64,000 nucleotides of DNA from Octopus sinensis (lineage: Eukaryota), in the NCBI RefSeq assembly GCF_006345805.1, contig NC_043025.1:15748001-15812000 (forward strand), given 5' to 3'. This document shows positions 25,140 through 35,546 of this stretch, in pieces. Position 1 is the first letter of the stretch, and each line of letters starts with the position of its first letter. The notes under the pieces are model-generated. The model made no database searches. It saw only the letters and a program-made list of their open reading frames with translations, and was not told the DNA's origin. A program made the translations under genes and the position numbers.

Positions 25140-26494
25140 GGGTTAGATGAAAACATATTACTGAGGCATTGTTTCACAGATGGATGCTCTTCCTGTCACT
25201 AACATTTATCCGTTTTTTCCCCCAAGTGAGGGAGTTTCCATTACACTTTACGTCCAAAGCTAAAAAAAGTATTTATCAACAGGTGTTTCTTATGTGCCAC
25301 CGACACAGGTGCCATTTACACGTCACTGGCAACAGTCAAAGACAACAGTTTCATTTGGCTTAACAAGTCATCATTTAATGTCCATTTTCCATGCTGGATG
25401 GCTAAAAAGGAAGTGGCAAGGCCAGGGGCCACACCAGACTCCATAGTCTGTTTTGGCATGGTTTCTACATCTGGATGCCCTTCCTGATGCCAACCACTCA
25501 AGAATGTACTGGGTGCTTTTTATGTAGCTCCCGCACTGGTATCGATTCTGCTGTGGCAGATGGGCCTTCTTGAGTATAGCCAATGCCCCAGATATCTCGG
25601 TCCTTAATCATTTCCTTTTCATAAGGGTCAGTGTTTTGAGATTGGCCTTCCTTCAATACTTTGCCCCATGTCTTCCTGAGTTCTCCTCTTCCACAAGTTC
25701 CAAGTGGTCAGCACTTTGACAATGATATTTTGGCCTTTGTGTCCAACATCTTATGATCAGCAACAATTACAGAGCCAAGCAGACTTAAGCCAATCCAGCT
25801 CCTTAGTCCAGGGTGCTCAGTCACCAATCCGCAATATGGTCACATTAAATGGAGAGCAATTTTTTAATACATTTAAAAACAAAGAAAAGGCAGCTCAAAT
25901 ATCAGTAAAATATGGTGCTGTTGGCACATAGAAAGCACTCAATCCACTCAGTAATGTGGTTGGTATTAGGAAGGGCGGTGAGCTGGCAGAAACGTTAGCA
26001 CGCCGGGCGAAATGCATAGCCGTATTTCGTCTGTCATTACGTTGTGAGTTCAAATTCCGCCAAGGTCAACTTTGCCTTTCATCCTTTCGGGGTCGATAAA
26101 TTAAGTACCAGTTACGCACTGGGGTCGATGTAATCGACTTAATACCTATATCAGTCCTTGTTTGTCCCCTATGTGTTTGGCCCCTTGTGGGTAATAAAGA
26201 AATAGGTATTAGGAAGGGCATCCAGCCATAAAAAACCTGCTAAAACAGACAGAGAAGCCTGGTGCAGTCTCCTGTCTAACCAGCTTCTGCAAAACAGGCC
26301 AACCCATACCAGCATGGAAAACAGACATTAAATGATGATGATGATGATGATGATAAATGTAAAGAAAACAATGCTTTCATTAATAATAATAAAAAAACCC
26401 ATAAAAATTATAATTTCCATTTCATCAATGTTCTACAATTCTCAGTAAATTTGGAAAGTGATTGATTCTCCAAGACGGTGGTGCCATAACTTAC

Positions 26495-26611
26495 CTTGCT
26501 TCGTGTCGATACAAAGTGGTCTGCAGGGAGGTTATGCTGGTGGTAGTGTGAGTATTTCCATACTCTGGTAACACTTCATTCCTTATGTAGTCTTCAATGA
26601 AAGACAGAGCT
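26495..26611 (-). CDS. PLP enzyme exon 3 (ALSFIEDYIRNEVLPEYGNTHTTTSITSLQTTLYRHEAR)
   Basis: ttccag| and |gtaagt, phases 2/2, YGNTH motif. Confidence 0.92.
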
Positions 26612-27429
26612 CTGGAACGAAACAGAGAAGGCATCATCTTTCAATAACTTACTTTATTGGTCTCTTCTACTGAACTGCTAGGTGACAGGGACATAAGCAA
26701 ACTAACAACAAACACAAAGACAAACGCTGGCAGAGTAAAGGAGCACTCTGTCGGTTATGACAACAAGGGTCCCAGCTGATATGGTTAACAGAACAGCTTG
26801 CTTGTGAAATTAACATACAAGCAGCTGAGTACTCCACAGACACTCTCTTTACTCTTTTAATTGTTTCAGTCATTTGACTGCGGCCATGCTGGAGCACCGC
26901 CTTTAGTCGAGCAAATAGACCCCGGGACTTATTCTTAGTAAGCCCAGTACTTTTTCTATCGGTCTTTTTTGCCGAACCGCTAAGTGATGGGGACATAAAC
27001 ACACCAGCATCAATTGTCAAGCAATGCTAGGGGGACAAACACAGACACACAAACACATACACACACATATATATATATACATATATACTTCGGGCTTCTT
27101 TCAGTTTCCGTCTACCAAATCCACTCACAAGGCATTGGTCGGCCCGAGGCTATAGCAGAAGACATTTGCCCAAGGTGCCACGCATGCGTGCGTGTGTTTG
27201 TGTGTTTGTGTTTGTCCCCCTAGCATTGCTTGACAACCGATGCTGGTGTGTTTATGTCCCCGTCACTTAGTGGTTTGGCAAAAGAGACCGATAGAATAAG
27301 TACTGGGCTTACAAAAGAATAAGTCCCGGGGTCGATTTGCTCGACTAAAGGCGGTGCTCCAGCATGGCCGCAGTCAAATGACTGAAACAAGTAAAAGAGT
27401 AAAGGAGATCATTTACATCCACTGGATCC

Positions 27430-27860
27430 CTAGAGATAGTACTTTGTGGAAGTTTTGAGCAAGTCCAGGAAAAGAATTCATCACAAATAGACAAAGGCAC
27501 CTGCACCAGGAAAATGGAGTCCACGGTTCCATCCTGGTAACCAACCTCTTGACAAAGATGGGCATCAAATCTGTCCCTCGCCCTCCTTACAATCGGGGCC
27601 TTGCTCCCTGTGACTTTTGATTGTTCCACAAGTTAAAGGAGAACCTCAGGGGCAGCTGTTTTGAAGGCATGGAGAAGATGAAGGAGGTTGTTACAAGGGT
27701 CCTGGGCCCTTCCACTTTGAAGGTCTTCCATAGGGCCTTCACAAAGTGGCCGGAACACTACAAAACGTGCATTGAAATCAGAGGACCCTACGTTGAAGGG
27801 GATTAGAGTTTTGTACTTCTTCGAAATAAATAAATGTCAGGAAACTTCGGGAATGCATCT
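27430..27860 (+). mobile_element. mariner transposase C-terminal remnant
   Basis: MGIKSVPRPPYNRGLAPCDF*LFHKLKENLRG...KCIE..G.YVEGD*, a decayed HPPYSPDLAPCDF region. Confidence 0.85.
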
Positions 27861-28215
27861 TGTGTGTGTGTGTGTCTGTTGATAGACAGACAGACAGATG
27901 GTCATGTGTGTGTGTGCGTGTCTGTAAGTTTCTCCTTGTCCTGACTGCACATGACAGCTGTAAACAAGAATCGCTGTAATGCAAGAGGTGCCCTTCATTT
28001 CCAATCTTCCACAAAAACATGTCTGGCCAAGGGGAAAGAGGTGAGGGTTGGTGACAGGAAGGGCATCCAGCCGTGGAAAACATCTGCTTCAACAAATTCC
28101 ATCTGACCCATACAAACTCAGAAAACTATGATGGTGATGATGATGGTGGCGGGGCTTAAATATACTGATGTGTATGTGTGTGTGTGTGCGCGTGGACAGA
28201 TGTGCATTCACTTAC

Positions 28216-28246
28216 CTTCCGGATGCCACGTAATCCAAATAGAGAA
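28216..28246 (-). CDS. PLP enzyme exon 2 (VLYLDYVASGR), 31 nt
   Basis: tttcag| acceptor, |gtaagt donor, phases 1/2, DYxASG motif. Confidence 0.88.
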
Positions 28247-29292
28247 CTGAAAGGGAGAAAAGAAAAATGAGAGAGAAATAAAGAACACATTTAAATGATG
28301 ATGATGATGGTGGTGGTGGTGGTTGTGTTGATAACAATGATGATAATGATGATCGTGATGATGATGATAGTGGTAGTGATGATAAGGCGGTGAGCTGGCA
28401 GAAACGTTAGCGCGCCGGGCGAAATGCTTAGAGGTATTTCGTCTGCCGTTACGTTCTGAGTTCAAATTCCGCCAAGGTCGACTTTGCCTTTCATCCTTTC
28501 AGGGTCAATAAATTAAGTACCAGTTACACACTGGGGTCGATGTAACCAACTTAATCCGTTTGTCTGTCCTTGTTTGTCCCCTCTGTGTTTAGCCCCTTGT
28601 GGGTAGTAAAGAAATAGATAGTGGTAGTAGTGGTGATGATGATGATGAAAACCAGAAAAAAAGAAAATACCTTCAAAACATTGGAACAGAACAAGACGGC
28701 AAGCTGAGAGAATCGTTAGCACAGCCAGGGCCAGTTTTTCCTTTCAAAACTAAGTACCAGTTAAATACTGGGGTCAATTTACACAACTTAGCTCCTACCC
28801 CAAAACTGCAAGCTCCATGCCAAAATTCAAAACCAGCCAGTTTTGAAACCACTACACTCAGGGAGTGGTTGGCATTAGGAAGGGCATCAAGCCGTAGGAA
28901 CTTTGCCGGATCGGATTGGAGCCTGGCGCAGCCTCCCAGCTTCCCAGACCCCAGTCGAACCGTCCAACCCATGCCAGCATGGAAAACAGACATTAAATGA
29001 TGATGATGATGATGATGATGATAAACTCGAAAAACCAACATGGCGCATCAATTTATTAGTTTATTCTTTTATTTGTTTCAGTCATTTGACTGCGGCCATG
29101 CTGGAGCACCACCTTTAGTCGAACAAATCGATTCCAGAACTTACCCTTTGTAAGCCTAGTACTTATTCTATCAGCCTCTTTTTGCCAAACTGCTAAGTTA
29201 CGGGGATGTAAACACACCAGCATCGGTTGTCAAGCGATGTTGGGGGTACAAACACAGACACAAACATATATACACTTATATATATATACTCT

Positions 29293-29328
<36 letters not shown>

Positions 29329-29821
29329 AGAGTTTACGAAAAAACAAAAGATGAAGACAGGTGGTGTACAAAACAAACAGATGTATTAGTATAACGCTCA
29401 GGAATAGAAAAAGTCTTTTACGTTTCGAGCCTATGCTCTTCTACAGAAAGGGACACAGAAAAAACAAGGAGAGAAAAAAGATGTGTGTAGTGGCTACCGA
29501 TCTATCATGGCGTCTCATGATATATATATATATATGTGTGTGTCTGTGTGTGCGTGTGTGTATACAATGGGCTTCTTTCAGTTTCCATATACCAAATCCA
29601 CTCACAAGGCTTTGGTCGGCCTGAGGCTATAACAGAAAGCACATGCCCAAGATGTCATGCGGTGGGACTGAACCCAGAACCATGTGGTTGGGAAGCAAGC
29701 TTCTTACCATAGAGTTACTGTCATTGGAATGTGGCCATGCTGGGGCACTGCCTCTAGGGTTTAGTCAAACAAATTAACTCCAGTACTTTCTTTTTAAGTT
29801 TAGTCCTGTATTTAAAGCTGT

Positions 29822-30234
29822 GGATCTTTTCAGTTTGAACGGCAGTTTTTTCCCAGCGGTGTCATATGAAATTGTCACCCATAATTATGACCCTAGTATC
29901 GATCTATTGCATTTCAATCTGTTTTAGGGTTAGGGGTGGGCAGAAGGGTATCTTTTTTTCTTCACAAATCTAAATAAACCCAATCTGTTTCTTAAACGAG
30001 GGACATATTCATACGGCACAGAATATTTTCACCTCAATAGACATCATTGATTGGTTGAAATTACAGAAATTGAGATAAAAAAACAACAAATATCTTAGAA
30101 ACTATAGAATTTTCTCAATAAAGCCAAGAGAAAAAGATGTTTTATAAACACATTCTACCAGTATACGAAGTTTAAAAGTGTTTAGTTACCTAGAAATTAT
30201 TTTTTAAAAACTGCTGTTCAAACCGAAAAGATCC
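29822..30234. mobile_element. GG-terminated MITE with perfect 8-bp TSD; second copy 33923-34336, related partial at about 32200-32400
   Basis: 28-bp TIRs GGATCTTTTC.GTTTGAAC.GCAGTTTT; TSD AAAGCTGT at 29814-29821 and 30235-30242. Confidence 0.85.
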
Positions 30235-30802
30235 AAAGCTGTATATGTCTATGGTACCTCCACACTTAGAGTTTACATCACCATGTTGGAATGCTTATCT
30301 TGCTCGGCATATCAATCTCCTGGAAACTGTTCAGAAGCATGCAACCAAATGAATAGCCACCGTCAGGCATCTACCATTCTCAGAAGGTTTTGCTTCCTTG
30401 GGCTTTAAAGGCTCCAACATCTGACAACTGACTTGGTAGACACCTACAAGATTATCCACCATCTTTCCAAAAACCTTGGGCATCTTTTTTGAATTCCTTT
30501 TACCTAACGCTCATAGACACACAGCACCAATGACTTTTGGAAACTTCAATACATGTGTGTGTAGGAGCGAAGGATCAAGTTGTAGGAAGTTAGTGAGCTT
30601 CAACCAGTTCGTAGAAGATATAAAAAAAAATTTTTTAACTTTCAGAACAACAGTGGTTTCCTGGTGCAAAACGTTGTAAATTTGGTAAATTTTGCTATCG
30701 GATTTTTTTGCGTGAATCAAGTACCCTGATCTCCAATGCGCGGCAAACCCTTTATTTTACCGTGAACGTTTCCCGTATCGGAGTATGATAAGCTGAAAAA
30801 GG

Positions 30803-31058
30803 GGTACTACTAGCGAACAATGGTCCCGGTGCGCGCACACGCGCAGTGGCGCTAGCTAGTCGTGACTAGTCGATCCTTACTTTGTGTTATTTATTTTGTT
30901 TAAAAAAATTATTTACTTTGTGTAAAAAAAAATTATTTATTTTGTGTTTTATTTACTTTGCCAGGTAGTCGTTTTAGGATCGACTAGTCACGACTAGCTA
31001 GCGCGGATGCGCGACTGCGCGTGTGCGTGCACCAGGACCACTGTTCGCTAGTAGTACC
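30803..31058. mobile_element. CpG-rich long-TIR MITE
   Basis: Arms 30803-30877 and 30976-31058 around an AT-rich spacer. Confidence 0.75.
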
Positions 31059-31653
31059 GAAGAAAGGTTATTTGGCGTAACTTCGGTATAGGTACCGGAT
31101 ACATTTGAAGAAAGTGTTTTTTTTATATATATATGGGGTGTTAGGGGGTGGGAGAAAAGAGTTTCTGTTATCTTCAGAAATGTAAACAAAGCCACTTCCG
31201 GTACTTACGGTACCTATACCGAAGGATCGCCGGGTTATTTTATAGTTCACGGTTAGCAACAAGGGTTGTTGTATATGAGAATAAATATCCAAAAAATCGG
31301 AAATCCAGGCTACATATGTTTCACAGCTTGCGGAACCTCGGAAGTAATAATTATCCAAACGAGGGGTGGACCGCAAGCTACCCTTCAGACCAAGGATACC
31401 TCGATTACATATGAAATATACATTGTCCTTAGGGGGTCCCTTGGTAACTCGCAGCAGATTCCATCACACACACACACATACAAACATACACATGTAAGTG
31501 GCTGTGTGGTAAGTAGCTTCCTTACCAACCACATGGTTCCGGGTTCAGTCCCACTGCGTGGCATCTTGGGCAAGTGTCTTCTGCTATAGCTCCGGGCCGA
31601 CCAATGCCTTGTGAGTGGATTTGGTAGACGGAAACTGAAAGAAGCCCATCGTA

Positions 31654-31692
<39 letters not shown>

Positions 31693-31958
31693 TTGTGTGT
31701 CTGTGTTTGTCCCCCTAGCATTGCTTGACAACCGATGCTGGTGTGTTTACGTCCCCGTCACTTAGCGGTTCGGCAAAAGAGAACCGATAGAATAAGTACA
31801 GGGCTTACAAAAGAATAAGTCCCGGGGTCGATTTGCTTGACTAAAGGCGGTGCTCCAGCATGGCCGCAGTCAAATGACTGAAACAAGTAAAAGAGAGAGA
31901 AAGAGAGAGTAAGCATTCACACACACACAAAGTGGCATGTATATATATATATATATAC

Positions 31959-32052
31959 CTTGTCTTTGACCATAGGGTCCAGTGAAGACGTTGCGGTCGA
32001 GGCTGTCCCTGATATTCTCCAATAATCGCGGTTTTGCGTCGTCTGAAAACAT
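31959..32052 (-). CDS. PLP enzyme exon 1 (MFSDDAKPRLLENIRDSLDRNVFTGPYGQRQ); ATG is the likely start but the exon could extend upstream
   Basis: Donor G|GTATAT; phase 1 G joins TT of next exon to give Val; FTGPYG motif; CpG-rich upstream region. Confidence 0.7.
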
Positions 32053-33049
32053 TTCGGTTTCGGTAACAACAACATGTGGCCGGAAGAAGTTTAACGGTGA
32101 ACCGGTGTGCGGTGTCCGGGGGAAAATAGTCTCCACTGGTATATTAGGCCCTCTCTACCAGATTCCGATATTCTTTCGTTTTATGATCACAAAATGAAAG
32201 TGGATCTTTTCCTTTTGAACGGCACTTTTCAACACAATTTCTAGTTAACTAAACACTTTAAAACTTCGTATACTGGAATAATGTGTTTATAAAACATCAT
32301 TTTTCTCTTGGCTTTCTTGAGAAAATTGTAATTTGTTTGTTTAACGTAGTTTAATTTTTCGAATTTTAACCAATCCTATGCTCTCTTTTGAGCTAAAATC
32401 ATTTGCTGCGAATAAAACTGAGACAACATCATACACACGCAGTGAGGATATTTAGCTCAGGTTTGTGGGGCATGCATCGTTACTTCAAGCATTTGTCTGG
32501 ATGTGCTCATGTCATCCTGGTCCGGACAGTGTCCCAGTCAGTTCCCAGCTCCGCCGTGACCATGTGGTTTGGAGCTCACCAACACGAGCCGTCACCCCAG
32601 CCAGATCCTCAGAGAAAAGAACACGGTACTCAGGATCCAACTCGGAAAATCGACCAACTGGACCAAACAATTTCATTTGTATTCTTTTATTCATTTACTT
32701 GTTTAAATCATTTGACTGCGGCCATGCTGGAGTAGCTCCTTAAAGGGTATTAGTCGAAGAAATCAATCCCAGGACTTATTTTTCCAAAGTCTAGTTCTTA
32801 TTCTATCGGATTCTTTTGCCGCACCGCTAATTTACGGGTACGAAAACTCACTAACAACGTTGTGGAGTAAACAAAAATTTGCGCAAACGAACGGGGGGGG
32901 GGCTGGGGAAAGGACTTTCAGAAAATTCACAAGATCTGATTTATGTGCAATTAATTGATTATACTTCAAAAATTCACAAAATATTCTAACAATTTTTTTT
33001 ATTATGCAGTTCCTAATAATATCTCATTCTAAAAATGATATGTTTATTA

Positions 33050-33700
33050 GGGTTCAAAGGACCTGGGTACCTTGGTGGATTCTTCCTTTTCGCCTTCGGC
33101 CCAATGCGCCCATGCTGCCAACAAAGCACGCGGAGTTCTGTTCTTGATTCGACGGTCATTCGGAATGCTCACAGCAGCCATATTCCTACCGCTCTATGTC
33201 ACGCTGCTGAGACCCATATTGGAGTACGGGATTCAAGCCTCTTCTCCTTATCTCCTCAAAGACATACATCATCTCGAAAGAGTCGAGAAGCTGGCTACCT
33301 GAAGATGCTCGACCTTTATTCTCTAGAAAAACGACTCCGCCGTGGTGATCTCTTTCTTGCTCACAACATCATAAGCGGAAAGTGTAACCTCTCGAAAGAG
33401 CTGTTCTTCACTCCTGTTCCAGAGCATCGGCTGCGGGGTCACACCGAAAAGCTCTATCTACGACGATTTCATCTCAATTGAAGGAGAGGGGCTTTCTCCG
33501 TCCGGATTGCGGATCCGTGGAATAAGCTGCCAGACGAGATAGTGAAGATGCCGACAACCGCTCGGTTCAAAGTCTCCCTTGACCACAAGTGGCCTGAACT
33601 CTTTGCATGAACACCCACCCTGTACATAACTCCCTGTCCCCCTACATGGCCTTGCTTTTGCTTTTTTTGCCAATAAAAATTGAATTGAATTGAATTGAAA
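33050..33700 (+). mobile_element. Second copy of the same CR1/L2-like LINE end, with internal deletion
   Basis: LYVTLLRPILEYG...SPYL.KDI..LERVEK; near-identical 3' part to 3147-3638 but (ATTGA)n tail. Confidence 0.88.
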
Positions 33701-34529
33701 TATAGTAAAATAGGAATGAAAGAGATCCATTGGTAAACAAAAAAGTGGTTAAGAAACACTGCAGAAGACACGTCTTCAAGGTGTCTTGTGGTGTTATGCA
33801 GTGGAACTGAACTTGGAATCGTGGTTGGGAAACCAACTTCTCGAACACACGGCCGTAAGTAAAATTTTGAAACGGCTGAGGCGAGAGGTTGTGTAATATC
33901 TCTCTGTTTTTGAAAATAAAAGGGATCTTTTCGGTTTGAACGGCAGTTTTTTCTAGCGGTGTCATATGAAATTGTCATCCATAATTATGACCCTAGTATC
34001 GATCTATTGCATTTCAATCTGTTTTAGGGTTAGGGGTGGTCAGAAGGGTATCTTGTTTTTCTTCACAAATCTAAATAAACCCAATCTGTTTCTTAAACGA
34101 GGGACATATTCATACGGCACAGAATGTTTTTTTACCTCAATAGATGTCATTGATTGGTTGAAATTGCAGAAATTGAAGGAAAAAACCAACAAATATCTTA
34201 GAAACTATAGAATTTTCTCAATAAAGCCAAGAGAAAAAGATGTTTTATAAACACAATCTACCAGTATACGAAGTTTAAAAGTGTTTAGTTACGAGGAAAT
34301 TATTTTAAAAAACTGCCGGTCAAACCGAAAAGATCCAAGGAATCCCAAAAAAAAGTGGGGAGAGACACCTATTCGATATGTCGGTAGGTAATTTATTTTA
34401 TATGAACCAATGAATCGTCAACCTGTGAAGTTAACCTTGGCAGAATTTGAACTCTCAACACAGTTAAGCCGAACTGCCTCAGCACTGTATATAATAACTT
34501 CATTATTATTATTATTATAGAATGACCTG

Positions 34530-35490
34530 CAGCTATTTCCTTTCTCTCGTCCATTCATTCCTCCCATCATTCGACCCCTCTTTTTATTTTATTCTCTTCA
34601 ATCATTCATCGAAAGTTTTAAGAACTTCTTTACTCAGTTCACCTTTCAACCTTCGTCTCTCTCTCTCTCTTTCACTATTACTTTCCCCATCTCTTACTCT
34701 CCCTCTCTTCTCTATTTACTCTTTTACTTCCCTCCCCCTCTCTCTCTCTTTTCTTTACTTTACTCTTTTACTTCCCTCCCCCTCTCTCTCTTCTTTATTT
34801 TACTCTTTTACTTTCCTTCCTCCCCATCCTCTCTCTCTCTAACGCTTATCACAAGTGTACACTCCCCCTCCAGCTCTCACTCCTCCCTTTTCTCTCCCTT
34901 CTCTTATTCCCTCTCTTTCCGCTCTCTATCTATCATATTTCTCTCTCACTCTTTCTCTTTATTGCTTGTTTTCTCTCCCTATCATAATTCCCATCTCCCC
35001 CTCTCTCACTCCTTGTTCTCTCCCTAATTACATTTCCCATCCCCCTCTACCTCTCACTCATTGATCTCTCTAATTATCACGTCTCCCACTCATCTTTCCC
35101 CCTCTCTCTCTCTCTCAGGCTATCATAATCCCCCTCTGTTCTCTCTATCAATTCATCTACTTCCCTTTCTCACTCGGTCTCCCTCCCTTTCTGTCCTCTC
35201 TCTTTTCATATTTTCTTTCTAATTTACACACACTCTCTCTATCATATTCCCTTTCACCTTTTCTCTCTCTACCTATATATCACACTCTCATTGCCTCACT
35301 CTCAATCCACTTTATACTTCCCTCTATTCTCCTTCTCTCTCTCTTCCTTCTACTCTCTCTCGCTCTCTCTCAATTCTACTCTCTCTCTTTTCCTTCTACT
35401 CTCTCTCTTTCCTTCTACTCTCTCTCTCTCTTCCTTCTACTCTCTCTCTCTTTTCCTTCTACTCTCTCTCTCTCTCTCTTCCCTTCTTAC
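34530..35490 (+). repeat. CT-rich polypyrimidine low-complexity tract
   Basis: Directly visible; similar tracts at 18490-18870 (GA) and 40350-40685. Confidence 0.9.
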
Positions 35491-35546
35491 ATCACTTTCG
35501 AAACGTCATCAAAACCAGTGAACTACGTTTACCACACAGCAAGACG
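35490..35546 (+). other. Candidate non-coding first exon of ADCK1 (start approximate)
   Basis: ADCK1 ATG exon begins at an acceptor, so an upstream exon is needed; good donor ACG|GTAAGC at 35546/35547 in a CpG-rich patch after a long CT tract. Confidence 0.3.

Larger units (their letters stand above)
2707..32052 (-). other. Gene span: class-V PLP-dependent aminotransferase-fold enzyme, SufS/CsdA-like cysteine desulfurase family; 15 coding exons, 3' end outside window
   Basis: Exons join in frame with matching phases into 490 aa with DYVASG, EHHSN, WDYAT, SPHK (PLP Lys), EEGGTP, RGGCACAGPY and RPGFTRL motifs. Confidence 0.9.

Noticed and set aside
32053-32136. ORF-track N-terminal extension METIFPRT...
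   Set aside because: Starts at GTG, not ATG; could be UTR or an upstream-spliced extension, unresolved without transcripts
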